NCBI GenBank assembly: GCA_938045545.1
Contig: CALIBN010000008.1
Coordinates: 42,631 to 106,630 of the forward strand
From: an uncultured archaeon
GTDB lineage: Archaea; Thermoproteota; EX4484-205; JAAOZP01
Length of the DNA stretch: 64,000 nucleotides
Direction of reading: 5' to 3'
Shown: piece by piece, positions 19,583 through 28,865 of the stretch
Position numbering within the stretch: the first letter of the stretch is position 1
How the letters are laid out: the number at the start of each line of letters is the position of its first letter
Notes under the pieces: model-generated
Told to the model about the DNA's origin: nothing
The model's input: the letters and a program-made list of their open reading frames with translations, nothing else
The model's database searches: none
Made by a program: the position numbers and the translations under genes

Positions 19583-20983
19583 TTAGACGATAGCTTCCCC
19601 CCTTTCGGTTAGGGAATAATACTCTCTCTTCCTACCCATGATCCTCTTGGCCTCCACTCTTTTAACATACCCTTTTTCAACGAGATCGGAAAGATGCTGG
19701 TAAACCGTTGGAATCCTCACGTTCATGCCGTATTTCTCCCTCAACCCTCTCCAAACTTCGTAGCCGTACATGTTTTTTTCAGACAGCAGCCTCAGGATGG
19801 CTGTCTTAGTAGAACCAAGTCTAACACCTCCGCTCAACTCCTCTATCAACACGCCTAGGCTAGACTTACTGTAGGCTATTTCCTTCATAACCCTAGGATC
19901 CTTGAGGCCGCTTCCAGTTACGACGCAAACCACTTTGGCGTCTCTCCTCACCTCTCCGCTTTCAACCAGCTTCATCAAGCCTGCTAGAGGAAGGCTTCCA
20001 GCCGGTTCTGCAAGTATCCCTTCTTTCTCAGCCAGTAGGCTCAGGGCTTCAAATATCTCTTTTTCGCTGACGGATACTGCTAGCCCATCCGTCTGTCTTA
20101 TTGCTCTGAGGGCAGCGTTTCCGAACCTGGGATTGGCCACGTTCAGGTCGAATATTCTGCTTCTCGGCTCGGCTTCAGCCTCGACAGCATCGAAGCCTTT
20201 TTCAAAAGCCCTCACTATAGGCTTACAGTCCTCCGTCTGGACTCCGACTATTCCTACGCTGCCCCCAGCGACGCCAAGCTCCCTCAGCTCTCTCATCATT
20301 TTATAGGTTGCGTAGACGAGGCCTCCCTCCCCCATTGGGAGGACCACGTAGTCAAGTGGGCTCCCACTGAGCTGCAGGAGTATTTCAAGCATGATTGTTT
20401 TCTTAGCCTCGTTTATCAACGGGTCGTGCTCCGCCGCGACGATAGTTCCCCTTGAGGCGCGTTTCCCGAAGGAGTTGACTACGCTAACCTCCGCACCATA
20501 TATTATCATCTGGTAAAGTTTCCCAACGTCTATCGTGGGCTTAACCTGAACATGCGTCTTTAAACCGGCTTTAGAGGAGTATGCTGCCAGCGATGCGCCA
20601 AGGTTCCCGGTTGAATAGGTGGAGATCCTTCCGTAACCTAGACTTAGGGCAACCGACACGAATAAGGCTGAGCTCCTGTCCAAGTATGAGCCCGTTGGTT
20701 CAACGGTCTCATCCTTAATCCATAGCTCTTCAACACCTATGCTTCTCCCGATTCTTAAGCCGTGTTGGAGCATTGTGTATCCCTCTCCTAAGGAGACTCT
20801 GAACTTTTTCTCAACAGCCGGAAGTATTCCGCTGTGCCTCCAGATTCCGTGCTCTCCCGGCTCCTCTAAAAAGGATGGTTTCATCTCCAGCGTTAATCCC
20901 TGTCCACACTTTTCACACAGCTTTCTTTCAACGCTGAAACTGTAGGCTGCCCCGCAGCTCGTGCATCTGAGAGCATGATTCAA
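19583..20983 (-). CDS. Threonine-synthase-like PALP-fold protein lacking the PLP lysine, fused to a PadR-type wHTH
   Basis: Zn ribbon CxxC..CxxC, SLGEGYT, EPTGSYLDR (canonical NPTGSFKDR), STGN, TGSGLKD; C-terminal MYGYEVW...TVYQHLSDL...RKREYYSLTERG. Confidence 0.85.
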   Translation of the reverse strand: MNHALRCTSCGAAYSFSVERKLCEKCGQGLTLEMKPSFLEEPGEHGIWRHSGILPAVEKKFRVSLGEGYTMLQHGLRIGRSIGVEELWIKDETVEPTGSYLDRSSALFVSVALSLGYGRISTYSTGNLGASLAAYSSKAGLKTHVQVKPTIDVGKLYQMIIYGAEVSVVNSFGKRASRGTIVAAEHDPLINEAKKTIMLEILLQLSGSPLDYVVLPMGEGGLVYATYKMMRELRELGVAGGSVGIVGVQTEDCKPIVRAFEKGFDAVEAEAEPRSRIFDLNVANPRFGNAALRAIRQTDGLAVSVSEKEIFEALSLLAEKEGILAEPAGSLPLAGLMKLVESGEVRRDAKVVCVVTGSGLKDPRVMKEIAYSKSSLGVLIEELSGGVRLGSTKTAILRLLSEKNMYGYEVWRGLREKYGMNVRIPTVYQHLSDLVEKGYVKRVEAKRIMGRKREYYSLTERGEAIV

Positions 20984-21179
20984 GCTATGTTCAACCCTAT
21001 ATATAGGGGGGTACTTATATATATTTCTCCGCGCTTTTAAGATGGTCGGTTTCCCGCAGAGGCCGCTGCACTTGATTCTTGAGTAACCAAGGTATTGAAC
21101 GCTTCCAAAAATCCCTTTTCAAGGCTGATCACAGTATCATAGTAATGTTTTATAGATAGTTCGGGAAAGATGCCTAGGA

Positions 21180-22250
21180 ATGGCCAAGCTGGATTTAAGG
21201 ATTCTCCTCCTGCTAGCAATACTTATTACAACGGTTTCCTGCATAAGCCTGCTTATGATGCAGCAGCCTGGGAGAAGGGTGTTGCAGGGAAACTCAAGCA
21301 GTATCGAAGAGTATTTCAAAACAGTTCCCCTGGAGAGATTGGAGGTTAAGTTCTTCGGGTGGGTTACGCCCGACGATGAAAGCGTTAACAGCTTCTTGAC
21401 TAACGCCGGCAAGTTCACCTGGGTCTCTCCAACAGGTTCGGTAATAGATGCAAACGGAGTTTTTACTCAAAAAGTAGACAGCAGGGTTGTCGAGGCCGCT
21501 AGAAGGAGTAATGTTAGCATTGTTCCACTCGTGGCAAACTCCGGCTTCGACAGGAGTTTGGCTCACAGGATCCTGACGGATCAGGATGTTAGAAGACGCA
21601 CGATGGAAAGCATAGTTCGCTTCATCGTTGAGAACAATTTCTCAGGGGTTAACATAGATTTCGAGAATATTCCTCCGGAGGATAGGGGAGCGTTGAACTC
21701 CTACATGAGGGAGCTGGCTTCAATCCTACATTCCCACGGTAAGATTGTCACGATAGATGTTTCAGGTAAAACTTGGGACGACACCTCGGGTTGGGGCGGG
21801 GCATGGGACTATAGGGCCTTAGGAGAGATCTGCGACTATGTTTGCATAATGTGTTACGACTACCACTGGTCTGGAAGCGAAGCAGGCCCAATAGGACCGT
21901 TAGGCTGGCTCAGGCAGGTGGTTGAACACGCGCTTTCAACAATACCAAGGGAGAAGATAATAATCGGGATTCCATTCTACGGTTACAGGTGGCTTGGTAG
22001 GAATGGTGTCGGCCTAACTTTCAAACAAGCATTGGAAACTGCTAAAAACGTTGATACGCAGGTTTTTCTTAGCGAGAAGGATGGTGAATACCACTATTCC
22101 TACGGATCGTACGAGGTTTGGTTCCAAGGCGCGAAGTCGGTTGAGCTTAAGGCTTCCACAGTGCTTTCATACGGGATAGACAAGATAGCTGCCTGGAGGG
22201 TTGGACAGGAGGATCCAAGAGTCTGGGAGGTTATAAGCAGGAAGCCTTAG
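21180..22250 (+). CDS. Secreted/anchored GH18 glycoside hydrolase (YaaH/YdhD-like)
   Basis: N-terminal TM; FSGVNIDFE catalytic motif, MCYDYH, GIPFYG, AWRVGQED. Confidence 0.9.
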   Translation: MAKLDLRILLLLAILITTVSCISLLMMQQPGRRVLQGNSSSIEEYFKTVPLERLEVKFFGWVTPDDESVNSFLTNAGKFTWVSPTGSVIDANGVFTQKVDSRVVEAARRSNVSIVPLVANSGFDRSLAHRILTDQDVRRRTMESIVRFIVENNFSGVNIDFENIPPEDRGALNSYMRELASILHSHGKIVTIDVSGKTWDDTSGWGGAWDYRALGEICDYVCIMCYDYHWSGSEAGPIGPLGWLRQVVEHALSTIPREKIIIGIPFYGYRWLGRNGVGLTFKQALETAKNVDTQVFLSEKDGEYHYSYGSYEVWFQGAKSVELKASTVLSYGIDKIAAWRVGQEDPRVWEVISRKP

Positions 22251-22255
22251 CCCTC

Positions 22256-22810
22256 TCAAGCAGACCCCGTTTCAACTCCGGAATCCTTGTTCTCCCTGAT
22301 TATTCTGATAAACTCCGTGAGCAGCAGTATTACTAGAAGGGCAATCAGCACTATTCTGCCGAAACTCGTGTTGGCCAGCAGCAGGATGAAGCCGACCAAG
22401 TGTATTTTTATCCCGACCCATTTCCCAACAATGTCCTCAGCGCTTGGATTATAACTGTCTGGATAAGCATTGTAATCCCCCTTCGTAACATACCGCTGGC
22501 CGCCATACTGGTCCGCTTTAACTCCTATTATGCGGTGTACAATATTCTTCCCTGAGTATGGGTTTCTATAGACGACTACATCGCCCACCTGTAGATTCTC
22601 CTTCCCGCTTAAGAGCAGCAGGTCCCCTGGGAACAGGGTTGGATACATGCTGCTGACATACCAGGGGCTCATGTCTATCTCCACGACTGCCAGCGGGCTG
22701 CTGGTGCCCATCAGACTGTTTAGAAGAGATATTGCCACCGCTATTATTACTACTGGAAGTATGATTGTAGTAAGGAATACGTTTAAAGTTTCTTTAAACC
22801 TCTTATCCAT
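22256..22810 (-). CDS. Signal peptidase I (S26, Sec11-type)
   Basis: SMYPTL..GDL, IVHR, TKGDYN; TM segments at both ends. Confidence 0.9.
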   Translation of the reverse strand: MDKRFKETLNVFLTTIILPVVIIAVAISLLNSLMGTSSPLAVVEIDMSPWYVSSMYPTLFPGDLLLLSGKENLQVGDVVVYRNPYSGKNIVHRIIGVKADQYGGQRYVTKGDYNAYPDSYNPSAEDIVGKWVGIKIHLVGFILLLANTSFGRIVLIALLVILLLTEFIRIIRENKDSGVETGSA

Positions 22811-22824
22811 TTTCTAGAGCCCGT

Positions 22825-23499
22825 CTAGTCCTCCTCTACCTCCACATATCCTGTTTCAAAATTCCCCCCGGCTGCTTCAGGCCGAGCCCCTTCAGCCTCT
22901 CTTCTAAGCCTGATCAAGGAGTATACAAGGATCGCGAGTCCAGCTGCGAAGCCTACGGACGGCCCCACTGTTCTCAGAATGTCAACCTGCTCCTCCCATT
23001 CAGTGGCCCTGAGGAACCACGACTCCGTTATTTTGAACGTTGCTTCGACAGCACTATTACCAGGGGTGGTAGCGTTCAACACGTATGTGCCGTTAGCACT
23101 TATCATTAGATCCCTAGTATGGTTTCCAGCGTTGAAACTGGTTTGATTAATACTGGTACTGTTCTTCGCGAATACTAGGATGTTGATCGTACCGTTAGTT
23201 TCAACGTTAAGGCTCACTTTATACTGTTCCCCTCTCGCCGGGTTTAAAGGAACCTCTATTATCTTCTCCATGCCGGTTATAACCTTGGAGAGTGGCCCAT
23301 ATTCCTGGGGTTGGGACGGTATTAAAACCTCCTTGGGGGTAAGCATGGTGATGGGTTTTCCGTTGAAAAGCATGTTAACTACGAAGGGTGATGAAACGGA
23401 TGCGAGTACCACGCCTACGATAGCCATGATTAAACATTTCTTCCCAACATCCATTTCTCGCTCACTCCGATACTTTCTCCAGCCTCCCGTTTCTTTCAA
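22825..23499 (-). CDS. Membrane protein with extracellular beta-rich domain
   Basis: N- and C-terminal TM helices; several N-x-S/T sequons. Confidence 0.7.
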   Translation of the reverse strand: MKETGGWRKYRSEREMDVGKKCLIMAIVGVVLASVSSPFVVNMLFNGKPITMLTPKEVLIPSQPQEYGPLSKVITGMEKIIEVPLNPARGEQYKVSLNVETNGTINILVFAKNSTSINQTSFNAGNHTRDLMISANGTYVLNATTPGNSAVEATFKITESWFLRATEWEEQVDILRTVGPSVGFAAGLAILVYSLIRLRREAEGARPEAAGGNFETGYVEVEED

Positions 23500-23782
23500 C
23501 TAGTAAGAATATGTGTTTACTGTCAACTTGGCTGTATTTTTCTGAGACGATGCGTCTAGTTTCCTCCATGTGTCTTCGCGCATACTCCTCGCTCTTAAAG
23601 ATTATCTTTACTGAATAAGGGTCGCCTTCCTTCATCCTCTTCTTGAGCTTCTGCCTGAATATTTTTGCCTCCTGCTCGTCAGCCAGGTAAACCTTACCGC
23701 TGGCAATCTCACCGTCGCCATATATTATGCTAACGACCCTGGTATACTTATCGGGCTGTCCCATCTCAACTATTTTCAGCAA
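23462..23782 (-). CDS. Hypothetical protein
   Basis: ORF upstream of and co-oriented with the membrane protein and signal peptidase genes. Confidence 0.65.
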   Translation of the reverse strand: MLKIVEMGQPDKYTRVVSIIYGDGEIASGKVYLADEQEAKIFRQKLKKRMKEGDPYSVKIIFKSEEYARRHMEETRRIVSEKYSQVDSKHIFLLVERNGRLEKVSE

Positions 23783-23987
23783 AGGCTCCCCCGAAGTGTT
23801 GAGGCGGTGTGGATTTAAGGTTTACGGTGGAAACTAAAACTGTTTTACAGAATTAAAAAACTCTTTCTAAGCAGGGCCAATGCTTTACACAGGATTACGT
23901 CTCCAAATGTTCTTCGACGCTCGGTGAACCTCGCATCGGCCTAAGCATCAGGTTTATATATCTTATTGTTGTCATAATCCTGCCACT

Positions 23988-25244
23988 ATGAATTCCTCAG
24001 AAATATTTGAAGCTGCTTCTAAAAGCCGACTTTTAAAAGATCCCTACGTGGAAAAAATATGGAGTTTGATGAATGATGAAAGCCTTTTCTCAAAGTCTCC
24101 GGATTATCTCAGTAAATTGAGGAAGAGCCTTTTTAGAGACGCGTTAAACTATTTTTCAAGACATAGTGATTATTACCGTGAGCTTTTCGAGAGGCTTGAA
24201 GTAAACCCCAGGGATGCTGAGCTTGAGGATTTAGCTAAGCTTGCAGTCCCATCCGATATTCTGAGGGGGGAAGGCCATAAGCAGTTTCTGATCAAAGACG
24301 TGGAGGAGAATGGAGAGTATTTCATGTCAAGCGGCACTACCAATCCTAATCCTGTAAAGGTCTATAGGAGCCCTCTCGACTTGGCGATCATGATAAAGGG
24401 CAATACTTTTCTTTTCGAATACGTCTACGGGAAGGAGGTTGAAAGCGAGAAGGGGATCGCGCTTTTCATGGCTGCCCCGGAGCTCAGATACAGGCTTAAC
24501 TTCGTTGCTTTCGTGCATCTTACTTTAGAATCGAAGAAAATCCCTCTTCTCTACGGTATGAACCTGGTTGAAGGAACTACGGATGGTAAGCCTTGGCAGA
24601 AACTCGTCCCCAACCAGGAGAATGTTCTCCGTTTCCTGAGAAGCAGGGAAGAGCCGAAGCTCCTTTTCACCGCACCCGCCGGCGTCTATTTGCTGTCTAA
24701 AAAGTTTGAGGATATGAACATTGTTCAACGGCTACTCTATAGGCTGATTAAAATCCTCCCGATAAACCTTGGAAAGGGTGGTGTAGTTGTAACAGGAGGT
24801 GGGACCAAGGGTTTTGACCTGCCGCCCTACGATAAGATTGTAGAGTTCTCAAGGAAATATTTTGTTTCACGCGGGCATGATGGGAGTGCTCAGGCTGTTC
24901 CATTCATGGATGTTTACGGGATGACTGAAACATTAACCGCTATGCTGGACAAGTTTGGAGAAATGGATAAGATACCGCACCCGCTTTCAGAAGTTTTCAT
25001 TCTGAACCCTAAAACCTTCGAGTTAGCCAGAGGGGAGAATGCTGAGGGTGTTGTCGGAATATTTAATCCTTTCACGACATCTTGGCTTGAAATATTTTAT
25101 CCTGGAGACATTATGCGCAGCCATCCTTCCAACAGGTATTACGGGAGGGAGTATGTTTACGTGAGGAGGCTGAGCGTAGACGAGGGCTGGAGTCTTCAGA
25201 GGGCGTGCGGCGGAACCCTTGAGGAACTAATGGGTAGAGGCTAG
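23988..25244 (+). CDS. LuxE-like acyl-protein synthetase
   Basis: ANL motifs MSSGTT, TGGG.KG, DVYGMTE, GD; C-terminal RACG corresponding to the LuxE acylated Cys. Confidence 0.8.
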   Translation: MNSSEIFEAASKSRLLKDPYVEKIWSLMNDESLFSKSPDYLSKLRKSLFRDALNYFSRHSDYYRELFERLEVNPRDAELEDLAKLAVPSDILRGEGHKQFLIKDVEENGEYFMSSGTTNPNPVKVYRSPLDLAIMIKGNTFLFEYVYGKEVESEKGIALFMAAPELRYRLNFVAFVHLTLESKKIPLLYGMNLVEGTTDGKPWQKLVPNQENVLRFLRSREEPKLLFTAPAGVYLLSKKFEDMNIVQRLLYRLIKILPINLGKGGVVVTGGGTKGFDLPPYDKIVEFSRKYFVSRGHDGSAQAVPFMDVYGMTETLTAMLDKFGEMDKIPHPLSEVFILNPKTFELARGENAEGVVGIFNPFTTSWLEIFYPGDIMRSHPSNRYYGREYVYVRRLSVDEGWSLQRACGGTLEELMGRG

Positions 25245-26705
25245 TTGAACATCATGCTTGAGCTTAAGCCTTTTTGCAGCCACAGGCATACTGTTGTGGA
25301 GAAAACGCAGAATCGCTACAGAATCCTGGAGATCAGCAGTGGAAGCATGAGGGAGATCATTAACATGTCTCCAGCGATTCAGGAAAGGCTTTCGAGCATA
25401 GGGATTCAGGAAAGGCTTGGAGTAATTGGTGAGATTGGTAAAATTTGGAGGGAGAAGCTCAACGATGGCAAGCTTGAAGAGTTGAAAAAAACTATCGCTA
25501 GAACAACAGGGTACAGTGAGAAGCTTATAGAAATGGAGTTCTCCCTAATCCCTATGGTTTTAAGCAAGGAAAGCCTTTGTGAAAACCTCGCGTGCTCCCC
25601 AGCCGGAAGTATTCTTGCGTTTGAAAGGTTCGTCGAGATAAAGAACGGCGAGAGCTTTAGAATTGCTCCAGCCGGGCCGGTGTTCATCATAAGCTCGGGG
25701 AACTCGCTTCTCCCAGCAATAATTCCTTCAACAATATCCCTCGCAACCGGCAACCTAACTATAGTAAAACCCTCGCTTTCAAACTACTTGGGGGTTGTTG
25801 AAACATATGGAGCTTTATCGGAAATCGCTTCAAACTGCGAGGAGGCGGGAACCCTTAGGGACGCGCTTGTCATAAGCTACTTTACGCATGATAGTGCCTC
25901 CCTAAAATACCTTCTTAGCGAGGCTGAACTCGGCGTGGTGAACTTTTGGGGTGGTGAGCCGGCTAGAACCAGTGTTGCGAGAATGGTTTCGGAAAATCCT
26001 CATCGACCTAAACTTGTTGTGAATGGGCCTTTAACTGGATGTGCCCTTATAGATGAAAAGTCCGCTGACGAGAAAACGGCTGAAGGCTTAGCTAGAAACA
26101 TTATCCTCTATGATCAACAGCTATGCAGTTCCCCAACCTCAGGGTTTTTCATCGGCTCCTGGCAGAACGCTCTTTCCTTCGCCAGTATGGTTGAAAGGTT
26201 TCTGAACGAAATTGGTTCAGATTTCGATTCTGACTTCGACGATGCCAGTATTTTTCTAACACAGTCTGCTAGAAAGGTCTTCCAGTTGAAAGGCTCGCAC
26301 GTACTATCTTCGAAAAACCCTAGGAATTTTTGGACTCTGGCAGTGTCAAAGGAGAAAAGGGTTCTGGACGAGGTGGTCAATTCTCTTCCAGCCTTCAACA
26401 TCTATGCTCGCAGAAGATTCTTGGAACTGGTGGTTGTAGGCTCCGTTGAAGAAGCATTGGAGCACGTTAGGAAGATTCCCGGATCACCCGCCTTCAAAGA
26501 CGTTGATGGTGTTCAAACAATCGGGTACTCTATGAGCATGGATGAAAAGGTTCTTGAAAAGCTTGTTTCCCTTAGAGTATTCAGGGTTGTGCCGTTAAGC
26601 GACATGTTCATGAGGAGTCCCATTGAGCCCTACGACGGCGTCCCCATGCTCTCCGCGTTTACAAAAATAGTTTACCATAGGGATTTACAGCTGTTCAAGC
26701 CATGA
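25245..26705 (+). CDS. LuxC-like acyl-CoA/acyl-protein reductase
   Basis: ALDH-superfamily SSGN, GN..IVKPS, FWGGE, YDQQLCSSP catalytic Cys, C-terminal PYDG..L. Confidence 0.85.
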   Translation: MNIMLELKPFCSHRHTVVEKTQNRYRILEISSGSMREIINMSPAIQERLSSIGIQERLGVIGEIGKIWREKLNDGKLEELKKTIARTTGYSEKLIEMEFSLIPMVLSKESLCENLACSPAGSILAFERFVEIKNGESFRIAPAGPVFIISSGNSLLPAIIPSTISLATGNLTIVKPSLSNYLGVVETYGALSEIASNCEEAGTLRDALVISYFTHDSASLKYLLSEAELGVVNFWGGEPARTSVARMVSENPHRPKLVVNGPLTGCALIDEKSADEKTAEGLARNIILYDQQLCSSPTSGFFIGSWQNALSFASMVERFLNEIGSDFDSDFDDASIFLTQSARKVFQLKGSHVLSSKNPRNFWTLAVSKEKRVLDEVVNSLPAFNIYARRRFLELVVVGSVEEALEHVRKIPGSPAFKDVDGVQTIGYSMSMDEKVLEKLVSLRVFRVVPLSDMFMRSPIEPYDGVPMLSAFTKIVYHRDLQLFKP

Positions 26706-27697
26706 AGATACTCGTAACCGGCGCGTCTGGCTTTCTAGGCGGCCATCTGGTTGAGGAAATGGTTTCAAAGGGGTTTAGTGTAATCGGCATGGTTCGGAAA
26801 AGCAGTGACACGAGTCTCCTTAGAAGCATAGGTGTGGATCTGAGGATTGGGGATCTGACTGATCCTGAAAGCCTAAGCCGGGTTACTGAGAACATTGATA
26901 TCGTCATACATCTTGCCGCATACTACACTTTCTTCGGGAAGAAAGAGATGTACAGGAGGATTAACGTGGAGGGAACTAGGCTTCTTCTAGAAGCGGCTTT
27001 AAGAAACGGTGTGAAAAGATTCGTATACTGCAGCTCTACTGAGGCCATAGGTCCTGTTAAGAGCCCGCCGGCTGAGGAAGATTCCCCACCGAACCCTTCC
27101 TACGAGTACGGAAGGTCTAAACTCGAGGCTGAAAAAATAGTTAGGAGTTACGGTGAGAAAGGTGTCGAATACACGATCCTCAGACCATCCGGAATATATG
27201 GTCCAAGGAATGTTGACGACATATCCTACTGGTTTATCACTGCTTTCGCTAGAAACGCTCTCCCAACGAGGATTATAGTCGGAGACGGGAGGAACCTTAT
27301 ACAATTCGCGTATGTGAAGGATGTGGTTCAGGGTTTCCTCTTGGTTTTGGATAAGCCTGACATATCTAGAAACCAGACGTATTTCATAAGCGAGGACAAG
27401 GCATACACCTATCTGGAGGTCTATGAAATATTGTCTGAGCTCTGCAACAGGGCTCCTCCTAGGATTCATGTTCCCCCTGTTCTTGCAAAGACGTTTGTGG
27501 CTCCGGTGGAATTTTTAAACAGGCTAAGGGGGAGAACTGTTTTCACTTGGAAAACCAGTACTGTGAACGATCTGACGTGTGACAGGGCATACAGCATCAT
27601 GAAAGCGGTGAGGGAGCTAGGGTTTAAGCCAAAATACGATCTTAGGACTGGCTTACGGGAGACCTTGGAATGGTACAGGGAGAACGGCTATATCTGA
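26702..27697 (+). CDS. Extended SDR (NAD-dependent epimerase/dehydratase, 3-beta-HSD/OleD-like)
   Basis: TGASGFLG, HLAA, SS, YGRSK; ATGA overlap with the upstream gene. Confidence 0.9.
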   Translation: MKILVTGASGFLGGHLVEEMVSKGFSVIGMVRKSSDTSLLRSIGVDLRIGDLTDPESLSRVTENIDIVIHLAAYYTFFGKKEMYRRINVEGTRLLLEAALRNGVKRFVYCSSTEAIGPVKSPPAEEDSPPNPSYEYGRSKLEAEKIVRSYGEKGVEYTILRPSGIYGPRNVDDISYWFITAFARNALPTRIIVGDGRNLIQFAYVKDVVQGFLLVLDKPDISRNQTYFISEDKAYTYLEVYEILSELCNRAPPRIHVPPVLAKTFVAPVEFLNRLRGRTVFTWKTSTVNDLTCDRAYSIMKAVRELGFKPKYDLRTGLRETLEWYRENGYI

Positions 27698-27777
27698 TGG
27701 TGAGCATGCAGGTCTTATAAGCTCTGGTTAAAGCAATAAGGTTTATCTTAAGCAGACCGAACCCCACTACAATCACG

Positions 27778-28470
27778 ATGAGGATAAGAGTGCTGTTTGG
27801 AACCATCGACAGCTCGCTGCTCCGCTCTGATGCGGTTATTGCTATAGATGTTTTACGCTCGTCTACAACCATTCTAACAGCCTTGGCAAATGGTGCTGAA
27901 AGCGTTATTCCTGTCGCATCTGTAGATGAAGCTCTAACGGTCGGAAATAGGCTTCAAGCAGTGATTGGCGGGGAGGTGAACAGTGTTAAGCCCCTTATGT
28001 TTCACCTTGGGAACTCTCCGCTTGAATACGTTCGGGATAAGATAGGCGGTAAAAAGGTTGTGCTCTACACGTCGAGTGGAACAAGGCTCTTAAGGTTTCT
28101 GATGGCTGTTTCGAAAAAAGTATTGGTGGGAGCGATTGTCAACGTTTCCACGCTGGCGGAGTACATTGCTGAAGAAGGTTTTGAAAACGTGGCGATCGTC
28201 ACAGCCGGTAAAATCGGCTTACCTGCTCTTGAAGACTCTTATTGTGCAGGGTTGATCGCTAAAAACCTTCCTTGGGAGGAGTGCGATGGAAACGCTGAGA
28301 TCGTGATGAAGATGGCTGAGCTTAACATAGGTGTGGTGAAGAGGTCGCTTCACGCTTTGGAGCTTGTTAAACTAGGCTTGGAAAGGGATGTCGAGTATTC
28401 TCTTAATCCCGACAGCATCAGGATAGTGGCTGGCGCGGATCCTTTCAAGGGATGTATCCAGCTCCTTTAA
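27778..28470 (+). CDS. comB: 2-phosphosulfolactate phosphatase family protein
   Basis: IDVLRSSTTI, GGE, LGNSP, TSSGT, ED..CAG motifs. Confidence 0.88.
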   Translation: MRIRVLFGTIDSSLLRSDAVIAIDVLRSSTTILTALANGAESVIPVASVDEALTVGNRLQAVIGGEVNSVKPLMFHLGNSPLEYVRDKIGGKKVVLYTSSGTRLLRFLMAVSKKVLVGAIVNVSTLAEYIAEEGFENVAIVTAGKIGLPALEDSYCAGLIAKNLPWEECDGNAEIVMKMAELNIGVVKRSLHALELVKLGLERDVEYSLNPDSIRIVAGADPFKGCIQLL

Positions 28471-28747
28471 CAACTCCTTTCTTCAACATTTTTCTCTGCT
28501 CCTTATTCTGCTCATACATCCTCACAGCCAGCGAGTGTGAACACATTCTCCTCCTCAAATAGCCTAGGCAGCTGCAGTTATAATTGCCATATGCATCTCT
28601 AGAAACTATGTAAACCCCGTGATCGCCTTTAACCTCGTAGCTTGATTTGTCCAGCTGGCTGATCCTCTTCTCTTTAAGAATTGTCTTCGCCTTCAGCACC
28701 AGTTTCTCGACTCCCGTCGCATCCCTTTTCCCGCTTTCTTCGCCCAT
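28445..28747 (-). CDS. SWIM zinc-finger protein
   Basis: CSC...CSH motif. Confidence 0.85.
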   Translation of the reverse strand: MGEESGKRDATGVEKLVLKAKTILKEKRISQLDKSSYEVKGDHGVYIVSRDAYGNYNCSCLGYLRRRMCSHSLAVRMYEQNKEQRKMLKKGVVKGAGYIP

Positions 28748-28865
28748 CTCTTCAAGACCCTGCCTAAAGAGTCTTATCCCGCGTTTTTAAGATTTCCATG
28801 CCTTTTGACATGCGGGTAACCAGGTTTTGAAAGCCTAAATTACCCTGGGGAGCCAAGCATAATGT

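Noticed and set aside
23988-26705. Bioluminescence operon
   Set aside because: No luxA/luxB, luxD or luxG in the window; LuxC/LuxE homologues occur widely without light production.
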